A DNA stretch of 63,937 bases, filler included, from Octopus bimaculoides (taxonomy: Eukaryota), in the NCBI RefSeq assembly GCF_001194135.2. It is 5 parts of 4 records of this genome, joined end to end, with 100 filler letters (N's around TTAATTAATTAA, not from the genome) between each part and the next. Parts side by side here need not be neighbours in the genome. Positions count along the whole stretch, not along the records: positions 19,445 to 37,611 come from NC_068986.1; positions 37,712 to 41,169 come from NC_069000.1; 3 more parts are not named here. The stretch is one strand, 5' to 3'. Numbering within the stretch: position 1 is the first letter of the stretch; every line of letters starts with the position of its first letter. Below the pieces are notes generated by a model. That model did not search any database and was not told where the DNA came from. It worked only from the letters and a program-made list of their open reading frames with translations. Below are positions 25,847-37,857 of the stretch, piece by piece. The position numbers and the translations under genes are program-made.

Positions 25847-26544
25847 TGTATGTGTACCATTGAATTTGATCTCACATTTTGCTACACAAATCTCAAATCA
25901 CAATTCAATAATACTTAGATCATGTACGCAACTGAAATTTTATCTAATGAACAACTGTTGTTCACATGATAGTTTGGTGATCCAACTAGAACTTTCCATG
26001 AGTGGGGTCTATAAATGCAGTCAATTTAAGTGCCAAAATTCAGAGTGTTTTGGGTCGAGTTTGAATTACATTCTCCATATAGCTGTTCTCACAGCTGCAT
26101 GTTCAGTTGAGGATAATTGCAGAAGACGTGTTACAGCACCTGAATATTTACTTGATATTTAAAACCAATCCCGTAAGTGTTGAGTCTTGAACAGACATTT
26201 TCCTTGCATGTCATATTACCGTTTCATCCTACTGCTTCCAATAATTTAACAACTTTCCTTTTAATGTAAAAAATAAATTATGTTCCAACATATAAAAACC
26301 CTTGTTACATATGAATGTTTATATTAATGGGTCTGCATGTTTTGTTGTCCCCCAACATTGTTTGACAACTAATGTAGGTTTGTCTATGTACCTATAAGCT
26401 AATGGTTCAATAAAAAAGATCCTGATGTAATAAGTACCAGAATGAGTAGTAGGTGGGAAGGAACAAACACAAAGATATATACACATATGTCTGTGTACGT
26501 ATATATATATGTACACACACACAAACACATGTGCATGCATACAT

Positions 26545-26578
<34 letters not shown>

Positions 26579-26629
26579 ATATATATATATATGCAGACAC
26601 ACACACACACACACACACAAGCACACATT

Positions 26630-26800
26630 TATATAGGCGGAAACTTCTATACAGTTTCCATCTGCAAGATTCATTGACAAAGCATTGGTTAGCTCGGAGT
26701 TATAGTAGAAAATACCTTTCTAAGGAGCTGCAGAATGAGACCTGAACCTGAAACCATTTGGTTGCAAAGCAAGCTCCTAAACCACATAGCCATGCTTGAG
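26630..26800 (-). mobile_element. SINE family A
   Basis: tggctatgtggtttaggagcttgctttgcaacc...gatggaaactg on the reverse strand. Confidence 0.7.
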
Positions 26801-26879
26801 CCAATATGTGTGTGTTAAATAAAATGAGACAACAAAGCCAAGGCTGTGGGGAATTTTCAGGACATTTATAAAGAGAAAG

Positions 26880-28725
26880 TTAGTCTTCTGGGATATTAGG
26901 AATATCCCTTCATCAGAGATGATGTGAGATGGTTAAATAGAGGTAAATATTAGAGTTCAATATGAGGGGTTATTTTGGAAAAGGAAGAAAATAAGGAGTA
27001 TATAGGGAAATAGGAGAATGAATGTAGAAATAAATAAAAAAAATGTATAATGATGTTATAGTTGCAGTTCCATTATCCAAGGAAAGTGGTATGTAGAAGT
27101 GGTAGAAATGCTTCTTGTCCGTGGTATGTAAATTCCAATAGGAGTTCATATTTTGTCATCACAAATGGGAAGTGTGGAGACTGTAGATTCTATGTGCTGT
27201 TCATTCAAAGGGATCTTGTGGTATAAAGGAAAATTTGAGTATGTAGTGGTAGTATTAAGTGGATAGAGAGGGGAAAAGAGATGTGTATGTTAAAATGAAG
27301 AGAGAGGTCAAAGGAAAAGATGAGAAAAGAAGGAAAGAAAGAAGAGAAAATGAAAACGTGTAAAGAAGTGAAAAAGGAGTGTTGGTGGTCAAGATATTAT
27401 GAAGGGGAATGGGAGAGGAGTAGGGGAGAGGTAGGAAGAGATAAGTAATGAATATGTGTGAGGTGGGCTGATATGTTAGAATGGCATTAAGGGATGGGTA
27501 CAGAAAAGGTATAGGAGGAGTATTTTCTAAAGCGAGTAGTAACCCACAATTTGGAAGGGAAAATACTAAGAATGCTCAAGTTACTATAGTCATGTTTTAA
27601 TATGTGGAATGTCTCTTTTAAGCATAACTTACAGGCTGAGCGTTGACCTTGGTATGGAAGCCCTGAATCTATTATGGAACATGACAAGATGTAGGGAATA
27701 ATTCTATTTTTGAGATGATGTATGTGACTGATGAGTGTTGTGAATTTACTGTGATTCTTATATCTAAAAGAATTGAGATGCACAGCATATCGTTGTTTAA
27801 AATTTATAGCTGATCCTATATATATATGGTTGTAGAGTTGTGTAACGTGTTGAGAATTATAAATTACATTAGACCTTCTGCAATAGGTTTGTAGAGGGCA
27901 GATGGTACCAGGATGGTAGTTACATGGTAGTGCATTGTGGGGATTATTCTCAGGAATGGAGGGGGTAATATTGTCAGAGGAGAGGTTAGAGATGGTGGTA
28001 GATTGGTCTATGTTATTAACATTTTTATTACTATTATCATTACTATTTCTATCATTGTTGTTATTTATCCTGTCTGTAATAGTGGCGGAAGTTGTGGTAG
28101 TAGTATTCTGGTTAGTGTTAGTGGGATTGGTAGGGTTTCAGTTGTGGACTAAAATATAGGGTTCGATATTGGAGCTATGTATATGTTCAATGATTGTGTA
28201 TTCAGAGTTGTTACAATTTAAGTTTTGATAATAGAAAGTTTTCGTTTATTAGAGGCTGTTATGATAGACTCAAAGTAGGATAGCTTTAAGGTAGATCTAT
28301 TAAAAATAGAGAAATATTTATGTTGTCGAAAGAAGTTGGAGTCCAATATATTAAAAAGGATTTAGCTAAGTTCTTAACATTTAGTGAGAAGCGGGGTGTA
28401 TACCATAAAATAGAGGATCCAGTGATTTTGTTTTTTTAATTGCTTAAGGGTGTTATCTATATTTTTAGAAAGTAGAGGGGGGGTAATATGGCCTGTTATT
28501 GTTAGCTGTTTTAGCATTTGACCTAGTGTTATATGTGGAGTCTAAGTTGTCTTAATCTGGGTTCTCCTGGGGTTCTAGTATAGTGTATGTGTGGTCTGTT
28601 GTGATTCTGGTGGTTGGCATGTTGTTGTGATATGATTTGATATATATAGTGCTTGAGCCTAGTATTAGGGATATATTTTATTTGTTGGGAGAAGCCACTG
28701 GCAGTGAGCACTTGGTTGTAATATG
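26880..28725 (-). mobile_element. Penelope-like element, 5'-truncated (RT thumb/linker, GIY-YIG and 3' UTR)
   Basis: VPYYNQVLTASGFSQQIKY, ILWYTPRFSLNVK, NRSTLKLSY, YIGSAINFKQRY, HLNSFRY...SACKLCLKETFHI. Ends in a broken hammerhead at 26882-26919. Confidence 0.85.
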
Positions 28726-28904
28726 GAACATGTAGTATGTGTGTATGTGTATATATATGCATGCATACAGGTTTAAATACACAAGTACACACATATATGT
28801 ACATGTGTGCGTGCATATATCGATATACACTTCTTTCTTTCTCTCTGATTTCTCTACCCACACTATCACATTAGCCAGTAGAATAAACACATAAGTCTGT
28901 TTAT

Positions 28905-29248
28905 AGTAACTTGAGCATTCTTAGTATTTTCCCTTCCAAATTGTGGTTTACTACTCACTTTAGAAAATACTCCTCCTATACCTTTTCTGTACCCATCCCT
29001 TAATGCCATTCTAACATATCAGCCCACCTCACACATATTCATTACTTATCTCTTCCTACCTCTCCCCTACTCCTCTCCCATTCCCCTTCATAATATCTTG
29101 ACCACCAACACTCCTTTTTCACTTCTTTACACGTTTTCATTTTCTCTTCTTTCTTTCCTTCTTTTCTCATCTTTTCCTTTGACCTCTCTCTTCATTTTAA
29201 CATACACATCTCTTTTCCCCTCTCTATCCACTTAATACTACCACTACA
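28905..29248 (+). repeat. Inverted copy of PLE 3' region 27238-27590
   Basis: Near-identical reverse complement (tagtaacttgagcattcttagtattttcccttcc...cacttaatactaccactaca), running into a gap. Confidence 0.9.
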
Positions 29249-29832
29249 NNNNNNNNNNNNNNNNNNNNNNNNNNNNNNNNNNNNNNNNNNNNNNNNNNNN
29301 NNNNNNNNNNNNNNNNNNNNNNNNNNNNNNNNNNNNNNNNNNNNNNNNNNNNNNNNNNNNNNNNNNNNNNNNNNNNNNNNNNNNNNNNNNNNNNNNNNNN
29401 NNNNNNNNNNNNNNNNNNNNNNNNNNNNNNNNNNNNNNNNNNNNNNNNNNNNNNNNNNNNNNNNNNNNNNNNNNNNNNNNNNNNNNNNNNNNNNNNNNNN
29501 NNNNNNNNNNNNNNNNNNNNNNNNNNNNNNNNNNNNNNNNNNNNNNNNNNNNNNNNNNNNNNNNNNNNNNNNNNNNNNNNNNNNNNNNNNNNNNNNNNNN
29601 NNNNNNNNNNNNNNNNNNNNNNNNNNNNNNNNNNNNNNNNNNNNNNNNNNNNNNNNNNNNNNNNNNNNNNNNNNNNNNNNNNNNNNNNNNNNNNNNNNNN
29701 NNNNNNNNNNNNNNNNNNNNNNNNNNNNNNNNNNNNNNNNNNNNNNNNNNNNNNNNNNNNNNNNNNNNNNNNNNNNNNNNNNNNNNNNNNNNNNNNNNNN
29801 NNNNNNNNNNNNNNNNNNNNNNNNNNNNNNNN

Positions 29833-29863
<31 letters not shown>

Positions 29864-30004
29864 ACTTGGGGATGGTCATGTTGCCAGTTTAGATATATAT
29901 ATATATATATATATGTTACAGAGAAGAAAGTAATATTTCAAATGCAGTATAGCTGTGAAAATAGCAGAAAGATTATTTTACCCTTATAACATGGTAAAAG
30001 TTGT

Positions 30005-30080
30005 CAGCAGTCAGCCATGGGACTCGAACCTGCACCCCTCAAATACCAACTGAGTACTCTACTATTAAGCTAAACAGCTT
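30005..30080 (-). mobile_element. tRNA-like SINE head
   Basis: Reverse strand has A-box tagcttaatagtag and B-box ggttcgagtccc, with no proper acceptor stem. Confidence 0.55.
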
Positions 30081-30254
30081 GTTAATAACAATCTCCATCA
30101 ATTTAAATGCTAAATATTATAGCTTTTGGAATACATTTTGTAAACATACTTTGGAGGTGTTGAATGTGTTTCCTATTTTATAGAAAAGAAAGTAAGATTT
30201 TGAACACAGCATAGTGGCTGCTTTCTCAAAGCCATTGCTAGAAAGAATCATTGA

Positions 30255-32322
30255 AATGAGGCCTTTATATGACTCTTGAGCCCCACCAAAGATTTTCACA
30301 TTTTATTGCATAATGCATAGTTGTACTGGCTGGCAGAAGGAACTGGTGTCACATTATGAAGTCTTTTGACATGCCTTTTTAATCCTCCAACTAACCGTCA
30401 CACCTTTCCACAGATTGTACATGTTCTGTTGTCAACAATAAATGTATCATAATTTACAAGGAGTCGACTTCCATAGCTTCTTTGATATCTGACCAAGCTT
30501 GCATGACTTAAGCATTGCCTCCTACAAATCACACACGTGAAAACCAATACTCCTTCATCTACTACTGGTTCATTCTTATTAAACTTTCTCTTGGTCTTCT
30601 CGTACTTCATTCTCTCTCTTTCAAACTTTGAGCAACCCCTGTGCACTATTTTCCTCTATCTATTTTGGTCTTGTGCTTCTCTCTCCCGATCAACATCTGA
30701 AATTTCTGTTTGTGTCAAAGCAGTTTTAAAACAGTTTTTGAACCTTATTTTGGGTTTATGTGCGAACCTTTTACAATCTTTCAGTTCATCATACAAAAGT
30801 TGCTTAGGAAGTCTTTCATTATTCATCCTCACCAGATGTCCACCCCAATTCAAACAACTTTGCACAATGATCGATTCTACACTCCTACTACAACTTTTCT
30901 CAAGTAACTCTACATTCTCCATTCTTCAGTTTATCCCAAGAATTTTCCAAAGACAATGTTGATGGAATCATTCTAAATGCTTCAAATGTTTACAACAAAT
31001 AACCCGTGTCTCACTTCCATAGAGCAATGATGGCAAAATACACATGCTACAAACCTTAACTTTAGTTTGGATAGATATGCTATGATGTGACCAGAGACAC
31101 TTCTAAAGCCTACCAAAAGTATCACTAGTTTTGCTGATTCTATATGAAATTTCATTATGAAAACCAGTAGTGCTCATAGTACTTGCTAAATATATGAATT
31201 TGGTTACAACTTCCAACCTCTGCCCATATACAGTAACCATATAAAGATTAGAGGGGGCAGGTTGGTACATTAGAACAGTTTTATTCAAGTTGATTGTAAT
31301 GCCTGATGCTGTACATGCAGCAGAAATCACATTCATCATGTGTTGCATATCTTCCTGGGAATGTGCTAACAAGTCACAATCATCTGCATACAAGAACTCA
31401 ATGATACAAGAATTAAGAATTTTCATTTTAGCACAAAGCCTTTTGAGGCTTAAAAGATTTCCCACTGCCTATATCTTATATAGACCCCTTCAGATCAATC
31501 GTCAAAAGCTATTTGAAAGACTATTGTAAAATACAAAGCAAACAAGGTAGAAGCAGGAAATTCACCCTGTTTCACACCATTTTCTACAGAAATAAGATTT
31601 GACAGGGTACCTCCAACATTAACTCTCACCTCCATCCCATCATGAAATTGTCTAAACATACTCACAATTTTTCAGGGCAGCCCAGCTTTTTCAAGATCTC
31701 TCAAAGTGCAACTCTATTTATAGAATCAAACACTTTTCTCAGATCGATAAAAACTTTATATAAGTCCATATCCTGTTCCATGCACTTCTCTTGTAGCTGT
31801 CTTGCTGAAAATATCATATTTATAGTACTCCTATCACCTCTAAACCCACATTGTGATTCTAGTAGAACCTCATCAGCAATGTGCAGAAGCAATTTATCCA
31901 GCATTACCCTACAAAGGATCTTTCCAGCCACAACTAACAGACAGATGCCACGAAAATTATCACAGACATCCTTTCCACCTTTTTGATATATAGAGTATCT
32001 CCATAATAACATCATGCCAATCCTGAAGAACCACTTCACTATACCAAACCCTCTGAATCGCACATGTCAACATTGTGCAGAGATGTTCACCACTATGTTT
32101 GTATATCTCTGCACCTAATCCATCCATACCAGGGGCCTTTCCAGTGTTTAATTTCACGATAGCCACTTTTATTTCAGCTAGGTTTAGAACCTCTGCTAAA
32201 AAATGTTTTGTTGGTCTTTCAGGTATATTATCAAGAAAAGAGAGATCAACTTTGGCTAATCTACTGAGCAACTCATCAAAGTGCTCTTTCCATCTCCCAA
32301 CAATATCTTTAGGATTTTTAAG
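30255..32322 (-). mobile_element. RTE-clade LINE, 5'-truncated and decayed, with C-terminal C2H2 fingers
   Basis: GKAPGMDGLGAEIYK, ESQCGFRGDRSTINMIF, FIDLRKVFD, LYADDC, LNWGGHLVRMNNERLPKQLLY, then three degenerate C-x2-C-x12-H fingers. Confidence 0.9.
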
Positions 32323-32540
32323 GCGGTGAGCAGGTAGAAATGTTAGTACGCTAGGCGAAATGCTTAGTGGTGTTTCATCTGTCTTTACGTTCTGAGTTCA
32401 AATTCCGCCAAGGTTGACTTTGCCTTTCATCCTTTCAGGGTCGATAAATTAAGTACCAGTTGTGTACTGGAATTGATTTAATCAACTGGCCCCCCCTCCC
32501 CCAAAATTTTGGGTCTTGTACCTAGAGTAGAAAGGAACCT
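32322..32540 (+). mobile_element. SINE family B, full-length
   Basis: ggcggtgagcaggtagaaatgttag (A-box), gagttcaaattcc (B-box), gcctttcatcctttcagggtcgataaattaagtaccag. Confidence 0.9.
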
Positions 32541-33112
32541 CTTTAGGATTTGTTAATAAATAAATAAAATACCTCATTTCTTTATTTTATTTTACTTTAT
32601 TGTATATCGACTTATATTATATTATACTATTATATTATATATTTGAAAATTTTATTCCCTTTATTCGTATTAATTTTAACTTCTATGAAATGATATTTAC
32701 GTGTATTGTATTATACCTTTAGCTCAATTTTTTTCAGTTGTATGTTATCGGTTGAAACAATATATTCGTGTATAAAATTTTATACTATATATGCTATTAT
32801 TTATTATTTCTTCTTGCGTTATACCTTCTTATTCCTTATGTTTGACGGATTATGTTGTATTTCTTTTATATATGTTCATTGAGGGGGTGTGATATGTTGA
32901 GTCGTTAACTCAATGTTTTTATTCTATAACTAATATATATATATATATATGTATGTGTATGTATATATATATATATATGTTTATGTATGTATATATATAT
33001 ATGTATATGTATATATATATGTAGGAGAATATACAAAAAATAACAACAGACGAGGACAGGTGGTGTAAATAACAAAAGTATATATTAGTATGACGCTCGG
33101 GAATACGGAAAG

Positions 33113-33149
33113 TCTTTGACGTTTCGAGCTACGCTCTTCAACAGAAAGA
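33113..33149 (-). ncRNA. Minimal type I hammerhead ribozyme-like motif, CUGUUGA core variant
   Basis: Minus strand tcttt-CTGTTGA-A-GAGC-gta-GCTC-GAAACGTC-aaaga. Stem I is tcttt/aaaga, stem II is gagc/gctc, with palindromic ACGT and a GUC site. Confidence 0.65.
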
Positions 33150-33220
33150 ATACGGAGACAAGGAGAAAAACACGGAGAAAAAAAATTGAATAGTGTTCAG
33201 TCAACGGTCAATCATATATG

Positions 33221-33314
<94 letters not shown>

Positions 33315-33358
33315 AATTTAATAAATGGAGTAATACGCATATGTTAAATGAATTCTTT

Positions 33359-33450
33359 TATTTCCGACATATGTTTCGAAGATTACAAATGGTTCCTTCC
33401 AAAGGAATAAGTGATGTTGATAGAGATGTAATCTTCTCTTCAGGGAAATA
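33359..33450 (-). ncRNA. Type I hammerhead ribozyme (3' pLTR copy)
   Basis: tatttcc-CTGAAGA-GAAGATTACA-(39 nt)-TGTAATCTTC-GAAAC-atat-GTC-ggaaata. Perfect 7-bp stem I, 10-bp stem II, intact core and GUC cleavage triplet. Confidence 0.9.
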
Positions 33451-34700
33451 CATAGGATCCAGCTTAACCGTAAGACATTTTAACCGAATGTGATAACTGT
33501 AGGTAGAGAAGATTGCTACGTAAGTTATTTGAAAAAACCGTTGGAGGCTGCAACGCTACGAGACAGTACGTTGGACAAGGAGGGAAGAAAAGAAGGAATT
33601 TAGAATTTAGAATGGGAAGTCAATAAGATGATTTAAACCCGATAAAAATGGGAAAAGAATGTTTTATGTATAATGGGACTGCAAAGGGGTATAAATTTTG
33701 TATTTATGCATGCAGTGTTGACATAAATGCCTATAAGTATATATATATATATATATACACACAAGTTCATATATATACATACACACACATGCACACATAT
33801 ATACACACACATACATATACATAGACACATACATGCATATACATACATTTGTACGCATATACACACGGTAGTCGTGTGGTGATGAATATTAAAGCAGTGC
33901 TATATGTATAGGAAAATGATGCTTATATTAACTAGCAAGATATTAAGTGATTGACAATTTATTAATCTAAAGAGATAGATTGTGTTGTTAAGTTAGATGG
34001 AAATTAGAGGGAGCAAAAAAAAAGGGGGGGGGGTTAAAGGAGTAAAAATTACTTGTATAAACTAAGTTAATATTATTACCAAAGTTTACTTCGATAATCA
34101 TGTTCTATATTTGTTGGTGCAAGGGTTTTCCAAAAGATAAAATAAAATTTTATGTGGTGCATTATTTTATACGTCATAAAGTAGAGAGAAGAAAATATTT
34201 ATATGTTTTGAATTCATCTTACGATAAACGTAAACAAATGAACTAAGATTGCTTTCAGAATCTTAGATATGTCTAAGAAAGTTAAAGAAGACAAATAAAA
34301 TTTTTAGACGCAGAATAATGCCACTAATATAACCTAAACAGGATAAATAACTCCTATCTTTGCTGAAGAAAGTGAAAGCAGCAAATGAATGATATGGCTG
34401 TACGAAAGAGCAATGAAATCAAAGAAATAAGGTTATTGGAGCACAACATATTGAACATCGTTGGAAGTAATGTTTATGTTAAGTTGAACTGAAAGTAATG
34501 TTTAAGTTCATGTTTATATATGTTCTGGGTGTCCTAATTTGGGTTCAAAACATGGAGAGTGTTTAGATAATATATATCAAGTGAAACAAGTCAACCATGC
34601 CCTTATACATATAAAGGTATAGTTAACATGTATCGCTTGAATTATTTGAGAAATAGATGAATAGGTGAGTCGTCTCTGTTATATAAATTAGTATGGTTTA

Positions 34701-36804
34701 TCAATATGAAGAAAATACATGGGGTTGCCAATGTTTACATCTGTATGCATTTTCAATGAACGTGTTCACCAGTTTATTCTTTGAGAATAAAATGAAGAAC
34801 AGTTCCGTATTGCATAATGGGCAAAATTTCCTACCTTTATTGTATGGTATAGATGTGGAGAGAATTAGCCAGTCTAAGTTAAATTTTATGTTGTTGTCTT
34901 TAAGTCCCCAAATTAATTTGCAAAGACTCGTGGTATTGCATTTATTTGTATCTCTAAAAGAAGAATAATGGTTTGATATTCTTCTGGATATTGGCGAAGA
35001 GGACGATTCAATGTAAAAAGACACATTGGTAGGAGTGCTGACCTTGCATTGATATACAGTGTTTTTGAGTTTCACATTATCACTTAAAAAACTAATTCTG
35101 TTCCTATTAACTTCCGAAATAATGATGTTGTTGTGGTAATTATTATTATTATATTTCATATTATAATTATTGTTACTTAGGTTATTATTTGCATTGTTAT
35201 TGTTATAATGGTAATGGTTTGTATTGTCTGAATTAATGTTATTGCTATCGGTACTCGTTTGTGAATTTAATAGTCTCCTATTGTGTGTGGATATTATTTG
35301 CGAGATGTTTTTAGTGTTTGAAAATCCAAATCTAACCTTGTGCGTGTTTATGACTGGGAAGTAGTGAGAATGTCTTGGAAAATTCTTATTAACAGCATTT
35401 CGGAACTGGGAAACCANNNNNNNNNNNNNNNNNNNNNNNNNNNNNNNNNNNNNNNNNNNNNNNNNNNNNNNNNNNNNNNNNNNNNNNNNNNNNNNNNNNN
35501 NNNNNNNNNNNNNNNNNNNNNNNNNNNNNNNNNNNNNNNNNNNNNNNNNNNNNNNNNNNNNNNNNNNNNNNNNNNNNNNNNNNNNNNNNNNNNNNTGTGT
35601 AGGTCTAGAGTGACGTCTAGGAAATTGGCTATGGAGTTTTCATCTTCAAAGATGATACCAAAACCCATTCTACGGAAAAACCTGACTAGTCTATTTTTAA
35701 CTTTTTGTATTTTTTGGTTTGTGGTATTATGTAGATAAAGCAAACAGTCATCCCGGTATAGACCGCCCCTAATGGTTGGGAATTGGTCTGCTAATTCATA
35801 GAGAATATATGCGCAGACCAAGTCAGCTATCTGTGCTGAGTCGGAACTTCCTATGGGCACGTCAAAACCATCGGGAATGTCCTTGCGTGTCCATAGTTTA
35901 TTATTTAATTTAATTATAGATTTTCTGGCTGTTAAAACAACATCAATCTCTTCTCTAGAAAGACCCACCTTATTATGAGCAAACCAAAATGCCTTATTTA
36001 GTAGAATGGGGTTAATTGAAGAATATAAATTAGATATATTAAACTGGATAAATTTGGTGTTATGTTTATCATTGATGTTACGAAACCAATCTACTACCTG
36101 TAATGAGTTTGACCACAAACTAAGTTTTAATTTTTTGACTAAAGTAGGTCTAGTATGTTTTTACTGAGAATATCTATGTCCGATTTAGATGGGCAGATAA
36201 GACGTAATTTGGGGCTACTCCAAAAGTTTTTCTTGTGGTCCTTTAAAACAAATCGGGGTTGCTTAGGGTCCAAAGGTTCAGTCCTCTTTTGTAAGTTATA
36301 TTTCTCCATGATTTGTTTGGCTTCCAGGTTAGCTTTCCTAAGTGCTGTTTTACTTGTGATTTGATAGTTTTTTTCTATTTCTCTTTTGAGTAATTCGTTA
36401 TAATGTTCCTTGGATAATTTATACATGTTTCCTGTTTTATTGGACTTAACTAGTATTCCATCAATGTTATTAATTTCCTTAGTGATGTTGTTGAGGTATC
36501 TGAGGTGATTATTTCTTAATGGTGATTTATGGAACTTCACATTCTTCACGATTATCCAAAGATCTTCTTCAAATTGTTTCAATCTCAGGTTTGGTGGTGG
36601 GTTGTTTTTGGATTTGAATAGTTTTTTAAAATCCGAAGTTAAATCCTTGTGTTTTTGTTGATCATTCTTGTTATCAAAGAAGAAGATTAGCCATCTCACA
36701 TGGTTGATAAAGGAGTTTGTCTTACTAATAAGTATTTTAAGGAATGTATTCCTTGGTGGAATAGGTATATCCTTAAGAGATGAGTTGATGTTAAATAATT
36801 CCAT
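34701..36804 (-). pseudogene. PLE polyprotein (RT and GIY-YIG endonuclease), frameshifted and spanning a gap
   Basis: SLKDIPIP...RW, LKDHKK...PKLRLICPSKSDI, IQFNISNLY, PIGSSDS, GLYRDD, FLDVTLDL, then VYQC...YIES...RISNHYSSF...FCPLCNTE...RCKH. Frameshift near 36120-36140. Confidence 0.9.
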
Positions 36805-37061
36805 TTGTGGTAACTGTTATATTAGCAGGTTATGTAAAGGCCTGTTTTAAATATATTTTATTATATGTATTTATTTTCTCTTAGTTAATAATTAACTCCG
36901 ACAAAATAAATTGGTTAATGGATACCAGGGTAGCAAAGATCACAAAATGACTGTGGTGTAACTCCTGTTTATGAGGTAGAAACTCCCTATTATTTTGGGT
37001 AATTGAGTAAATATAAAAATTTAATACATGGAGTAATACCCATATGTTAAATGAATTCTTT

Positions 37062-37153
37062 TATTTCCGACATATGTTTCGAAGATTACAAATGGTTTCT
37101 TCCAAAGGAATAAGTGATGTTGATAAAGATGTAATCTTCTCTTCAGGGAAATA
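37062..37153 (-). ncRNA. Type I hammerhead ribozyme (5' pLTR copy)
   Basis: Same stems and core as 33359-33450. The two substitutions within the HHR both fall in loop II. Confidence 0.9.
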
Positions 37154-37566
37154 CATAGGATCCAGCTTAACCGTAAGACATTTTAACCGAATGTGATAAC
37201 TGTAGGTAGAGAAAATTGCTACGTAACTTATTTGAAGCCCCCCTTTTTTGCCCCCTCTAATATCCATCTAACTTAACAACACAATCTATCTCTTTAGATT
37301 AATAGCCCATCCATCACCTTTATAAATTGTCAATCACTTAATATCTTGCTAGTTAATAAAAGCATCATTTTCCTATACATATAGCACTGCTTTAATATTC
37401 ATCACCACATGACTACCGTGTGTATATGCGTACAAATGTATGTATATGCATGTATGTATCTATGTATATGTATGTGTGTATATATGTGTGCATGTGTGTG
37501 TATGTATATATATGTGTGTACACATATGTGTGTACGCATATATATGTATATATACGAACTTGTGTA

Positions 37567-37611
<45 letters not shown>

Positions 37612-37857
37612 NNNNNNNNNNNNNNNNNNNNNNNNNNNNNNNNNNNNNNNNNNNNTTAATTAATTAANNNNNNNNNNNNNNNNNNNNNNNNNNNNNNNNN
37701 NNNNNNNNNNNAAAGTAAAGTTGTAAGATACCACACGAGTGGAAATATATATGAAAGAAGGTTTGAAAATGCAATTTTAAAGATGTTTATTCACTTTACC
37801 GGTTTCACTTTTTAGAAAAAGATTGTCAAAAGCAAAATATAAAACTTTATTTAAGCT

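Larger units (their letters stand above)
33326..37600 (-). mobile_element. Near full-length Penelope-like element with about 210-bp direct repeats (33326-33533 and 37029-37236) and a 5' inverted repeat
   Basis: An RT plus GIY-YIG ORF flanked by HHR-bearing direct repeats. 37238-37570 is the reverse complement of about 33745-34035. Confidence 0.92.

Noticed and set aside
34360-34390. ctgaagaaagtgaaag on the plus strand inside the PLE 3' UTR
   Set aside because: No stem II and antisense to the element. Likely chance.
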